Counted from the stretch's first letter, positions 1 through 10,874 are shown. The stretch is DNA of 32,000 bases from Aliivibrio fischeri ES114 (GCF_000011805.1 NC_006840.2); one strand, 5' to 3'. Program-made: numbers and translations. Notes: generated by a model not told the origin, from the sequence alone.

Positions 1-14
1 GCTTCTTCCTTGAA

Positions 15-1115
<1,101 letters not shown>

Positions 1116-1187
1116 TTAATCTTCAATATAATTTGGCAAATTAAAGCGGAGAAAGGTTTATCTCCGCTTATTTATAATTTTTAGGTT

Positions 1188-2735
1188 CTAAACGGTTTCT
1201 ACTTTTTTCTGTTTAATTTCAGCAATTTGATCAGCACGGTGAATACTATTGATTACGTGAAGTAGTGCTTGTCCTGATGCTTCGATAATATCTGTCGCTA
1301 AACCGGTACCGTGATATTTACGACCTTTGTAATTGGCAATAATATCTGCTTGACCTAAGCCATCTTCACCTTCGCCTTTAGCAGTTAAATCAAACTTATC
1401 TAGCACGATGTCGTAGCCTGTTAGTTTGTAGATACATTGATAAAGTGCGTCTACAGGACCATTACCGACAGCGGCTTCGCATTTCTCCTCGTCACCACAA
1501 AGTAATTTGATACTCGTGGTTGCCATGACGCTGCCTGATTGCACACTTAGATAGTTCAACTTATAGAAGTCATCTTCATCGCGCAGGTTAGCAAAATGCA
1601 TTAGTGCTTCTAAATCGTAATCAAATACTTGTCCTTTACGATCTGCCAGCTTTACGAAATCAGCATAAAGGGTGTCTAGGTTGTATTCGTCTTCTTTATA
1701 ACCCATTTCATCCATATGACTTTTTACCGCAGCACGACCTGAACGACTGGTTAGGTTTAGTGCTTGGTTTTTAAGGCCAATCGACTCTGGTGTCATGATT
1801 TCGTAAGTGTTTTTATTCTTTAGCATGCCATCTTGGTGAATACCTGATGAATGGCTAAAAGCGTTTGCGCCTACGATAGCCTTATTACTTTGAATTGGCA
1901 TATTACAAAGCTGACTCACTAGTTTACTGGTGCGGTGAATCTCATCGTGTTTAAGGTTGGTGTGTACACCTAGATATTCAGAACGTGTTTTTAGGATCAT
2001 GGCGATCTCTTCTAGAGAGCAATTACCAGCACGTTCACCAATACCATTAATCGTTCCTTCAACTTGTCGAGCGCCTGCTTGAACAGCAGCAATGGAGTTG
2101 GCAACTGACATACCCAAATCATCATGACAGTGAACAGAAATGATGGCTTTATCTATATTAGGAACACGGTTAAATAGGGTTTGAACAATGCCACCAAATT
2201 CACCTGGAACGGTATAGCCAACGGTGTCAGGAATGTTGATGGTATTGGCTCCTGCATCAATAGCGGCTTCAACCATGCGGCATAGATTATCGATAGGAGT
2301 ACGGCCTGCATCTTCACAAGAAAACTCAACATCATCCGTATATTTACGTGCGTGTTTTACTGCTTTTACGCCCATTTCAACCACATCATCGTAGCTACGG
2401 CGTAATTTATCTTGAACATGAACGGTAGAGGTTGAAATGAAGGTGTGAATTCGGAACGCTTCAGCGACTTTTAGCGCCTCAGCTGCGGCATCAATGTCTT
2501 TTGCAACAGCACGAGAAAGACCACAAATTCGACTGTTTTTAATATGCTGGGCAATGGTTTTTACTGATTCAAAATCACCCGGAGATGACACCGGAAAACC
2601 GGCTTCAATGACATCGACTCCTAAACGCTCAAGCGCATAAGCAATCTGCAATTTTTCTTTAACCGTTAGACTTGCTGATAGTGCTTGTTCGCCATCACGT
2701 AGGGTGGTGTCGAAGATAATGACTTGATCGCTCAT
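1188..2735 (-). CDS. leuA: 2-isopropylmalate synthase
   Basis: 515-aa ORF. Starts [23 protein letters not shown] and contains [13 protein letters not shown] and [12 protein letters not shown], typical of LeuA. Confidence 0.97.
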
Positions 2736-2782
2736 GAGCCTGCTTCCTTGTGTTTGTCATTTGCCTTGATGACGGATATCCA

Positions 2783-2813
2783 TAAAAAAACCCGCCATGG
2801 TTAGCGGGTTTTA
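2783..2813 (-). terminator. leu operon attenuator terminator
   Basis: On the minus strand AAAACCCGC-TAACCATG-GCGGGTTTTTTT: a 9-bp GC-core hairpin followed by a T run, between the leader peptide and leuA. Confidence 0.88.
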
Positions 2814-2846
2814 AAATTTGGTTTATGGTTTCTTTTGGTCCATAAC

Positions 2847-2909
2847 CTACCCGCGTGAGATGTTCACGATCAGGAGGAGGTTTAGAGCAAAAGAAGATAC
2901 TGTTTTCAT
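2847..2909 (-). CDS. leuL: leu operon leader peptide (20 aa: MKTVSSFALNLLLIVNISRG)
   Basis: Codons read ATG AAA ACA GTA TCT TCT TTT GCT CTA AAC CTC CTC CTG ATC GTG AAC ATC TCA CGC GGG TAG. Four of five codons in one stretch are Leu (CTA AAC CTC CTC CTG). It lies between a sigma70-like promoter and an intrinsic terminator upstream of leuA. Confidence 0.88.
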   Translation of the reverse strand: MKTVSSFALNLLLIVNISRG

Positions 2910-2941
2910 TTGAAATACAATCCATAAAAATAATTAACAAA

Positions 2942-2970
2942 TTAATATCGCACTCAGTAAGTATCGTCAA
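2942..2970 (-). promoter_or_regulatory. candidate sigma70 promoter of the leu operon
   Basis: Minus strand TTGACG (2970-2965), 17-bp spacer, TATTAA (2947-2942), about 35 nt before the leader ATG. Confidence 0.75.
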
Positions 2971-3097
2971 CCCCTAAATCCCATTTTCAGTGGTTATTAA
3001 TGTTTTTTTGCTTAAATGTTACAAAATAAGAAGAAAAACGATTGCCTTGGTGTTTATTTGTGCGTGTTGCTCGCTTTTTGATTCTTTTTGAATTTAA

Positions 3098-3113
3098 TTA
3101 ATCAAATGATTAA
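3098..3113. promoter_or_regulatory. candidate TetR-family operator, copy 1
   Basis: TTAATCA-AA-TGATTAA, perfect 7-bp arms. A second copy lies 63 bp downstream. Confidence 0.55.
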
Positions 3114-3155
3114 ATGTGAGTGAATTAATTTGTTAGAACAAAGAGGGAAGTTATC

Positions 3156-3176
3156 TATAATTAATCAAGTGATTAA
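3156..3176 (+). promoter_or_regulatory. candidate -10 element overlapping TetR-family operator, copy 2
   Basis: TATAAT at 3156-3161 overlaps TTAATCA-AG-TGATTAA at 3161-3176, upstream of the TetR-family gene. Confidence 0.6.
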
Positions 3177-3206
3177 CTGTCTTTAAAGTCGTCAACTGTA
3201 AATAAG

Positions 3207-3863
3207 GTGTTATTGGTAATGAAGCAGTCAGGAAGGCCTAAAGGTGAATCAGAAGTTCGAGAAAAACTCATTTTTCATGCGAGAGAGCTTTTTATTTCCA
3301 TGCCCTATAACAAAGTATCGACGAGGCTCATAGCCACTAATGCTAACGTAAATATTGCCATGATCCGTTATTACTTTGGTAACAAAGAAGGACTTTTTGA
3401 GGCGATGTTTAAGGAGACTATTGCTCCTGTTACTCAGCAATTTCAACGATTATTAAAAGATGATACTGAACAAGATCTGGTTGAGTTTATGCGAGCGTAT
3501 TATAAGGCCATGATTAAAGTTCCAGCCTTCCCTAAATTAATCTTGCGCATTATGGATGCTGAGAGTGAACAGCAAGCGGCACTTCAGCAAATTATTATTG
3601 GGATATTGCAGCCAATGCAAAACAAATTATTCGATCCCCAAAAAAGTAAGGCGTTATTTAAAAATGGAGTTGATCCAATTAAAGCTCGTCTTTCGTTAAT
3701 GAGTTTAATGATTTTTCCATTTCTTGCCCCTAAGAAAATGTTAGAGCTTCATAATATTGAGTTGAATGAAACGTTTTTGATGGAATTACTAGAACATAAT
3801 ATTCGTTTATTAGGCGAAGGATTATTAAAAAATAAAAGAGATACAGATAATGAAAATAAATAA
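3207..3863 (+). CDS. TetR/AcrR-family transcriptional regulator
   Basis: 218-aa ORF with N-terminal HTH typical of TetR (REKLIFHARELFISMPYNKVSTRLIATNANVNIAMIRYYFGNKEGLFEAMF). The start is more likely the ATG at 3219 (MKQSGRPKG). Confidence 0.93.
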   Translation: MLLVMKQSGRPKGESEVREKLIFHARELFISMPYNKVSTRLIATNANVNIAMIRYYFGNKEGLFEAMFKETIAPVTQQFQRLLKDDTEQDLVEFMRAYYKAMIKVPAFPKLILRIMDAESEQQAALQQIIIGILQPMQNKLFDPQKSKALFKNGVDPIKARLSLMSLMIFPFLAPKKMLELHNIELNETFLMELLEHNIRLLGEGLLKNKRDTDNENK

Positions 3864-5169
3864 GAAATACCTCTTTTTTCCAGTTGTTGCAGTTGGTGTG
3901 ATTGTTCTTATTACCATCACAAAATTACGTCCAGACGCTGAAACTAAGCCACTTGAAGACCGTTCAAAAGTCGTCAATATCCAACTATTAGAGCCTCAAT
4001 CAATCGCACCTCAAGCCATTGGTTATGGAAAAATTAGACCGAAGTTTGAATGGAAAGCCATTGCGGAAGTATCAGGCAAAGTGGTGTATCGCCATCCTGA
4101 ATTACATAAAGGAAATATCTTATTAGCCGGTACTGAAGTGTTGAGAATAGATCCATTGGATTATGAGTTAAAACTCGCTCAAGCAGAAGCGGACTTAGGA
4201 TCGAGCCAAACTCAATTAGCAAAAGTGGATTTAGAAGAAAAAAACATTCGAAATACATTAAAAATAGAAAAAAACCGACTTTCTATCAGTAAGAAAGAGT
4301 TAAGCCGTAAAATAAATTTGCAAAAGAAAGGGTTAACGTCTCAATCGGATTTAGACCAGCAGAATCAATCTTATTTAGCACAGCAGAAAGTGGTTCAAGA
4401 TATTCAAAATCAAATCTTATTATTGCCTGATGAAAAAAAAGTAGCAGCGGCAATGGTTAAGGTAAACCAAGCTAAATTAGAAGAAGCGCAACGTTCTTTA
4501 GAAAAAACTTCGATTATATTACCAACAGATGTGCGAATTTCTGAGGTGGATATTGAAGCGGATCAAGTAGTTAATCTACAGCAAACCATGTTTATTGCGC
4601 ATGGAATTAAAACCATGGAGATGGAAGCGCAAATCTCTATTCATGATATGCAAACATTAGCTCAAAGTGTGAAAGCTTTTCAGCTAAGTGAGCAAGGTAT
4701 GCCAAATATTGATTCATTACCATTAACGGCGAATGTGGAATTAAGCAGTGGTCGCTTTGATGCTAAATGGGAAGCGAAAGTCGCTCGTATTAGTGAAACT
4801 GTCGATCCAAATCAAGCAACGGTTGGTGTCATTTTAGAAATAGATCAAAATTACCGAGCTTTGCAACCTAACTCATTGCCACCATTAGTGAATGGGATGT
4901 TTGTGAAAGCAAGGATCGAGGGTGACGCGTCAGAGCAGTGGGTGATCCCTGAAAGTGCGTTGCATGGCGATAAGATCTATTTATTAGGGCAAGATAACAA
5001 ATTAATTATCCTTCCGATTGAGATTGTTTATCGACGCAATAACCAGGTTGCCGTTGCCGGAGATATTAAGAGTCATGATCGTTTGATCTTAAATGATCTG
5101 CTGCCTGCGATTAATGGCATGCAATTGCGCTTGGCCAAATCACATAATGATGAGGAGCCTGTTCAATGA
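3850..5169 (+). CDS. RND efflux membrane fusion (periplasmic adaptor) protein
   Basis: 439-aa ORF with N-terminal TM anchor, GYGKIRPKFEWKAIAEVSGKVVYRHPELHKGNIL lipoyl-like segment, coiled-coil region and DPNQATVGVILEI. It overlaps the upstream and downstream ORFs. Confidence 0.92.
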   Translation: MKINKKYLFFPVVAVGVIVLITITKLRPDAETKPLEDRSKVVNIQLLEPQSIAPQAIGYGKIRPKFEWKAIAEVSGKVVYRHPELHKGNILLAGTEVLRIDPLDYELKLAQAEADLGSSQTQLAKVDLEEKNIRNTLKIEKNRLSISKKELSRKINLQKKGLTSQSDLDQQNQSYLAQQKVVQDIQNQILLLPDEKKVAAAMVKVNQAKLEEAQRSLEKTSIILPTDVRISEVDIEADQVVNLQQTMFIAHGIKTMEMEAQISIHDMQTLAQSVKAFQLSEQGMPNIDSLPLTANVELSSGRFDAKWEAKVARISETVDPNQATVGVILEIDQNYRALQPNSLPPLVNGMFVKARIEGDASEQWVIPESALHGDKIYLLGQDNKLIILPIEIVYRRNNQVAVAGDIKSHDRLILNDLLPAINGMQLRLAKSHNDEEPVQ

Positions 5170-8100
5170 TCAAGTTCTTTGCTCGCCATCCAACCGCAGC
5201 TAACTTATTAATGCTCACTTTATTGCTGCTTGGTTTGGTTTCTTTATCTCAATTAAAACGAGAGACATTTCCCGAATTTAGTCCTCCTTATATTTTAGCT
5301 GGCGTTGTATACCCAGGGGCTTCTCCACAAGAAGTGGAAGAGAGCATTTGTATTCGAATGGAAGACGCCGTTGATGGTTTAGGCAATATTGAAGAAACCA
5401 AATGTGAAGCGATAGAAGGCTCAGCTCGATTAGTCATTAAGCTTAATGAAAAAGCGGATATCGGGCGTATGTTAGTAGATGTACAAACTCAAATTGATTC
5501 AATCAATGACTTTCCAACAGAGATTGAATCGCCAATTGTTCAAGAGCTTGATTGGAATGAACCTGTGGTGGATGTGGCGATTACTGCTGATACGACATGG
5601 CCAGAATTAAAAGCCTATGCAGAGAAATTAAAACAAAGTTTAAAGCTTGATTATGACGTGTCTTTAGTTGAGGTGAGTGGGTTTTCTGATCATCAATATC
5701 GAGTGGAGTTGGATGAAACTGCCATTCGTCAGTTGGGGTTGAATGTCAGTGATATTGCTAATCAATTAGCTCAACAAAACATTAAATTGCCTAGCGGTAA
5801 TATCGAAACGCCAGAAAAGAACTTTTTAATTCGTTTTGATGAGAGAAAAACCACACCTGAGGAATTAGCAAAAACGGTAATAGGGGCATCAGAGAATGGC
5901 GCATTACTTCGCTTAGGAGACATTGCCACTATCACGGATCGTTTTGAACTTGATGAACAAAAAGTACTGTTTGATGGTAAGCCATCAGCGGTACTTAAGA
6001 TCAGTAAAAATAAAGCTGACGATGCTCTGCGAATCAAAGATCGTGTCTCTGAGTTTGTTGAATATCAGCAATCAATCGCACCCGATGGCGTGACGTTAGA
6101 GATGACCAATGATCTCTCATCGCTGCTTTGGGATCGTTTGACTATGATGGTAAAAAACGGGTGGCAGGGCATCATTCTGGTTTTCTTAACCATGTGGCTG
6201 TTTTTTACTTTCCGCTATTCTTTCTGGGTTGCTGCTGGTTTGCCCGTGGCTTTTTTAGGTGGACTGTTCTTAATGGCGAGTTTAGGGCTCTCTATTAATA
6301 TCATGTCTCTTGTCGCCTTATTAATGGCCATCGGGATCATGATGGATGATGCGATTGTAATTGCAGAATCCATTGCTTCTCATCTTGATAGAGGGCAAAA
6401 GATTGATGATGCGGTGTATAACGGCGTTAAAAAAGTATTCCCTGGAGTCTTGTCTTCGTTTTTAACCACCGTGTGCATTTTTGGTAGTTTGATGTTTTTA
6501 CAGGGAGAAATGGGGGCAGTATTAAAGGTTATTCCACAAGTTCTGATTTTAGTTTTGTCATTGAGCTTAATTGAGGCGTTTTTAATTTTACCTAACCACC
6601 TTAGTCACTCATTACACAGGGCAAAAAACGATAAACCGATTACTGGGTTTAAAAAGAAAGTATTGGATCGTTTTGAGCACTTTAGAAATACCACTTTAGT
6701 GAATGCAGTGACAAAAGTGGTGGAATGGCGTTATGCATTCTTAGGTGCCGTTATTGCGAGTTTATTGGTTTCTTTTTCTTTGATATCTGGCGGCGCATTA
6801 AAGTTTGTTGGTTTTCCTGAGCTCGATGGTGATATTGCCGAAGCGCGTATTATTTTGCCCCCAGGGTCTTCATTATCTCAAACTGAATTAGTCGTAGATA
6901 AGATTGTTAATGCAGCGAATAAATTGAATAAACAATGGAGTGAAGAAAAGGAAGGTGGTACGCCATTAGTTGAGCATATTACCGAGCAATTTAATACTAA
7001 TGCTGACGCCAATGAATCTGGTCCTCATTTAGCCACAATACGTTTAGATTTATTAAGTGCGGAAAAAAGAAATACGTTAATTGATGACTTTATTGATGCA
7101 TGGCGTGAGGAAGTGGGAGATTTGGCTGAGCCGATAGCGATGGTTTTTAAGCAGCCAACCATGGGGCCGGGTGGGCGAGCAATTGAAATTCGTATGATGG
7201 ATGATGATTTACACACATTGAAGTCAGCATCATTAGAAGTTCAAGCCTATTTGAATGACTTTGCTGGCGTTTATGGTGTGCTTGATGACATGAGAATGGG
7301 AAAAGAAGAAGTATTAGTAAAACTTCGCCCTGGAGCTGAAGCGTATGGTGTGACGGGACAATTGATTGCTAATCAATTACGTGCGGCTTATTTTGGACAA
7401 ACTGCAGATGAAATTCAATTAGGTGTTGAGAACATTGAGATTGAAGTGCGTTTAAATAAACAACAAGCGGGTGATTTACATACTTTAGAGAACTTTCCAA
7501 TCATTTTGCCTACGGGAGACCAAATACCTCTAGCCTCTATTGCAACGTTAGATTTTCAGAGAAATTATGTTCGAATACAGCGAATTAATGGGTTAAGAAC
7601 GTTAAGTGTTTTTGGTGATGTTCATGCATCACAAGTCAGTTCAACAGAAATACTTAATCAGTTTAAAAAAGATCTCGCTCCTGAATTGAAAAAGAAATAC
7701 CCAGGACTGCGTTTTGATTTTGAAGGTGAAGCGAAAGATTCGGCGGAAACGGGGCAATCTATAGGTACCGGATTTATGCTTGGATTGTTTGGGGTATTTG
7801 TCATTCTCAGCTTCCAATTTAGAAGCTACTTAGAACCGTTTGTGGTGATGCTAGCGATACCATTAGCGCTAATTGGCGTGTTATGGGGACATGTTTTATT
7901 AGGTCACCCATTGAGTATGCCAAGTATTATGGGCTTCGTTTCTTTAGCGGGTATCGTCGTTAATGATTCCATTTTACTGGTGCAATATATACGACATCAT
8001 GTTGATGATGGAGATTCTGTTTATGAGTCAGTCATTAAAGCAAGTCGTGAGCGTTTTAGGGCGGTATTCTTAACCTCAATTACGACGGCTGCTGGACTGT

Positions 8101-8270
8101 TGCCATTATTATTAGAGACCAGTTTACAAGCTCAAGTTATTCAGCCTTTAGTGGTTTCAATCGTATTTGGTATCTTTACTTCAACTTTGTTGGTGTTGTT
8201 TATGATACCTGCGGCTTATGCGATTTTAGCTGACTTTGGTTTAGTGAAGAAACATGAAGAACTTCATTAA
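5166..8270 (+). CDS. RND-family efflux transporter permease
   Basis: 1034-aa ORF. Starts MIKFFARHPTAANLLML and contains GASPQEVEESI and LMAIGIMMDDAIVIAESIASH, with AcrB-like topology. It overlaps the adaptor gene by 4 nt. Confidence 0.96.
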   Translation: MIKFFARHPTAANLLMLTLLLLGLVSLSQLKRETFPEFSPPYILAGVVYPGASPQEVEESICIRMEDAVDGLGNIEETKCEAIEGSARLVIKLNEKADIGRMLVDVQTQIDSINDFPTEIESPIVQELDWNEPVVDVAITADTTWPELKAYAEKLKQSLKLDYDVSLVEVSGFSDHQYRVELDETAIRQLGLNVSDIANQLAQQNIKLPSGNIETPEKNFLIRFDERKTTPEELAKTVIGASENGALLRLGDIATITDRFELDEQKVLFDGKPSAVLKISKNKADDALRIKDRVSEFVEYQQSIAPDGVTLEMTNDLSSLLWDRLTMMVKNGWQGIILVFLTMWLFFTFRYSFWVAAGLPVAFLGGLFLMASLGLSINIMSLVALLMAIGIMMDDAIVIAESIASHLDRGQKIDDAVYNGVKKVFPGVLSSFLTTVCIFGSLMFLQGEMGAVLKVIPQVLILVLSLSLIEAFLILPNHLSHSLHRAKNDKPITGFKKKVLDRFEHFRNTTLVNAVTKVVEWRYAFLGAVIASLLVSFSLISGGALKFVGFPELDGDIAEARIILPPGSSLSQTELVVDKIVNAANKLNKQWSEEKEGGTPLVEHITEQFNTNADANESGPHLATIRLDLLSAEKRNTLIDDFIDAWREEVGDLAEPIAMVFKQPTMGPGGRAIEIRMMDDDLHTLKSASLEVQAYLNDFAGVYGVLDDMRMGKEEVLVKLRPGAEAYGVTGQLIANQLRAAYFGQTADEIQLGVENIEIEVRLNKQQAGDLHTLENFPIILPTGDQIPLASIATLDFQRNYVRIQRINGLRTLSVFGDVHASQVSSTEILNQFKKDLAPELKKKYPGLRFDFEGEAKDSAETGQSIGTGFMLGLFGVFVILSFQFRSYLEPFVVMLAIPLALIGVLWGHVLLGHPLSMPSIMGFVSLAGIVVNDSILLVQYIRHHVDDGDSVYESVIKASRERFRAVFLTSITTAAGLLPLLLETSLQAQVIQPLVVSIVFGIFTSTLLVLFMIPAAYAILADFGLVKKHEELH

Positions 8271-8281
8271 ACGGATAGAGC

Positions 8282-9283
8282 TTAGAATGAAAACAGTAAG
8301 TTAATCGAAAATACAGAATCGGTATTACTTAGCCCTGGAGGAACGCGATCTAAATACTGTTGTGATTGCGCAATCTTTAGGGCAATTTCTTCTGTGATGT
8401 TGTTTGTCACACTGACTTCTGAATCCACACGAGTGTTACTGTGACCAGCTGTGACGGTAACTTCTCCAGCTAATGTTAGGTTACTAAGAGCCTTCCAAGA
8501 TGTACGCACATTAGTTCGGATAATTGGCTCTTGTACCGTCTCTGGCAGGATTAAGTCATCATCATCAATTTCATCAAGGTTCGGATTTTGGTAACGAAAA
8601 CCTGGACCAAATTCCACTTCCAATAGTAATTTTTCTGTATTACTGACTTGGTAACCCAAACCACCCGAAAAGGTATAGTCATTGAAGTATGCGCTATATT
8701 TGGTATTTAACCCTTTAAAGTTGGCATAGAGATAGTAATCAGGACTGATTTTATAGTCACTCTGTAAATTAAGGCTTAATTGGTCTTTATCTGTTTCACC
8801 ATCATCTTTTGCTAGGTAGTATTTAACCTCACCAGTATGACGATGCTGTCCAGCAGTGTAGCTGGCTTCTAAACGACCATTAAGAGATTGAGAATCATCA
8901 TTACCTTTACTTGATTGGTAACCGAATTCAATTTGGCTTTTCCATGGTGAAGGTGGTGTTGTATCAGGTTCTTCCATTTCCGCTTCTAGTTGACTAATGA
9001 CAGGGTTAATACTTGGTTTTTTCTCAAGTGTTAACTCTTTTGTCCCTGCTTCACAGTCATCTTTGGATAAATAATATTTTTCTTCATCCACATGGGAGTT
9101 CGTCCCAGAGGTATAAACCGATTCTAGACTACAATTTTGAGATAATGAGCGATCGTTTCCATAATCTATTTCGATTGAGTTAGGAGAGGAAGATGATGTA
9201 TCTGCGTCTTCAATATCGATCTCACTTGCATGAACAGATGCACTGATTGCGATAAGCCCTGTAAGTAAACCTTTTTTTAACAC
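8282..9283 (-). CDS. DUF481-like outer-membrane beta-barrel protein
   Basis: 333-aa ORF with signal peptide (MLKKGLLTGLIAISASVHA), a repeated-strand pattern (QIEFGYQSSKGNDDSQSLNGRLEASYTAGQHRHTGEVKYYLAK) and C-terminal SINLLFSF ending in Phe. Confidence 0.72.
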   Translation of the reverse strand: MLKKGLLTGLIAISASVHASEIDIEDADTSSSSPNSIEIDYGNDRSLSQNCSLESVYTSGTNSHVDEEKYYLSKDDCEAGTKELTLEKKPSINPVISQLEAEMEEPDTTPPSPWKSQIEFGYQSSKGNDDSQSLNGRLEASYTAGQHRHTGEVKYYLAKDDGETDKDQLSLNLQSDYKISPDYYLYANFKGLNTKYSAYFNDYTFSGGLGYQVSNTEKLLLEVEFGPGFRYQNPNLDEIDDDDLILPETVQEPIIRTNVRTSWKALSNLTLAGEVTVTAGHSNTRVDSEVSVTNNITEEIALKIAQSQQYLDRVPPGLSNTDSVFSINLLFSF

Positions 9284-9464
9284 ACATGAATCCTGAGAGA
9301 TAAAATCGTAGACGAGTATAAGTATATTATTACATTCGTGAGTTAAATTTGAGTCAAAATCTTTATTTTGCGAAAGGAGTGATGGAGATGGAAGGATAGT
9401 TATTTCATCCCTTTGCCAAATGGTTATAATGTAGGGCTAAATTTAGGATGGTGAAAGAGTAGTA

Positions 9465-10862
9465 ATGGCTGATAATCGTAAGCAAAATCGCAAACCAGAC
9501 GCACAAGTTGATGCGTTAAAAGTACCACCGCATTCGTTAGAAGCTGAACAATCGGTTTTAGGTGGCTTGCTACTTGATAATGAACGCTGGGATACGGTTG
9601 CCGAAAAAGTAGTGGCAAGTGATTTTTATAGTCGCCCACATAGACTGATTTTTGAATCACTTAAAGCCATCCTAGAAGACAGTTTGCCTTTGGATTTGAT
9701 CACCTTATCAGAGCATCTTGAACGTCATGAAAATTTAGATTCGGTAGGTGGCTTTGCTTATTTAGCTGATTTAGCTAAAAACACGCCAAGTGCTGCAAAC
9801 ATTAATGCTTATGCTGATATTGTACGTGAGCGTGCAATGGTACGTAACCTGATTGGTGTTGCGAATGAGATTGCAGATGCAGGTTATGATCCTCAGGGGC
9901 GAACTTCTGAAGATTTACTTGATATGGCGGAGAGTAAAGTTTTTGCCATTGCAGAAGAGCGAACTACCGAAAATGAAGGCCCTCAAAATGTCGATTCAAT
10001 TCTAGAGAAAACGTTAGAACGTATCGAGATTTTATACCAAACTCCGCAAGATGGGGTAACGGGGGTTTCAACTGGTTTTACTGACCTCAATAAGAAAACT
10101 GCAGGTTTACAAGGGTCAGATTTGATTATCGTTGCTGCTCGTCCATCGATGGGTAAAACTACTTTTGCGATGAACTTATGTGAAAACGCAGCAATGGACC
10201 AAGATAAACCCGTCCTTATCTTTTCTTTAGAGATGCCCGCAGAACAGCTAATGATGCGTATGTTGGCTTCTCTTTCTCGTGTAGACCAAACTAAAATTCG
10301 TACCGGCCAGCTTGATGACGAAGATTGGGCTCGTATTTCTTCTACTATGGGCATTTTGACTCAGAAGAAAAACATGTATATCGATGATAGCTCAGGCTTA
10401 ACACCGACAGAATTACGTTCACGTGCTCGTCGTGTTGCGCGTGAATCGGGTGGTCTAAGTATGATCATGGTCGATTACCTTCAATTAATGCGTGTACCTG
10501 GCTTGCAAGATAACCGTACGTTAGAGATCTCTGAAATATCACGATCGTTAAAAGCGTTAGCGAAAGAGTTGAACGTTCCTGTTGTGGCGCTGTCGCAACT
10601 TAACCGTTCCCTAGAACAACGTGCAGATAAACGTCCGATTAACTCGGATTTGCGTGAATCGGGTGCGATCGAGCAGGATGCCGATTTAATCATGTTTATT
10701 TACCGTGATGAGGTATATAACCCTGAGAGTAATCGTAAAGGTATCGCTGAAATTATTATTGGTAAGCAACGTAACGGTCCTATCGGTTCTGTTAGCTTGA
10801 CTTTCCAAGGGCAATTTTCTCGTTTTGATAATTACGCAGGCCCTGCGTTTGATGATGAATAA
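9465..10862 (+). CDS. dnaB: replicative DNA helicase
   Basis: 465-aa ORF with N-terminal PPHSLEAEQSVLGGLLLDN, Walker A AARPSMGKTTFAMNLCENAA and MVDYLQLM. No intein is apparent. Confidence 0.98.
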   Translation: MADNRKQNRKPDAQVDALKVPPHSLEAEQSVLGGLLLDNERWDTVAEKVVASDFYSRPHRLIFESLKAILEDSLPLDLITLSEHLERHENLDSVGGFAYLADLAKNTPSAANINAYADIVRERAMVRNLIGVANEIADAGYDPQGRTSEDLLDMAESKVFAIAEERTTENEGPQNVDSILEKTLERIEILYQTPQDGVTGVSTGFTDLNKKTAGLQGSDLIIVAARPSMGKTTFAMNLCENAAMDQDKPVLIFSLEMPAEQLMMRMLASLSRVDQTKIRTGQLDDEDWARISSTMGILTQKKNMYIDDSSGLTPTELRSRARRVARESGGLSMIMVDYLQLMRVPGLQDNRTLEISEISRSLKALAKELNVPVVALSQLNRSLEQRADKRPINSDLRESGAIEQDADLIMFIYRDEVYNPESNRKGIAEIIIGKQRNGPIGSVSLTFQGQFSRFDNYAGPAFDDE

Positions 10863-10874
10863 TAAGGCTGAATC

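Noticed and set aside
2695-2970. 91-aa minus-strand ORF spanning the leuA upstream region
   Set aside because: It runs through the attenuator hairpin and into leuA out of frame. The conserved-looking functional ORF there is the 20-aa Leu-rich leader in a different frame.
5771-7216. Antisense ORFs (88 and 63 aa) inside the RND permease gene
   Set aside because: Fully embedded opposite a well-supported long gene, with no independent evidence.
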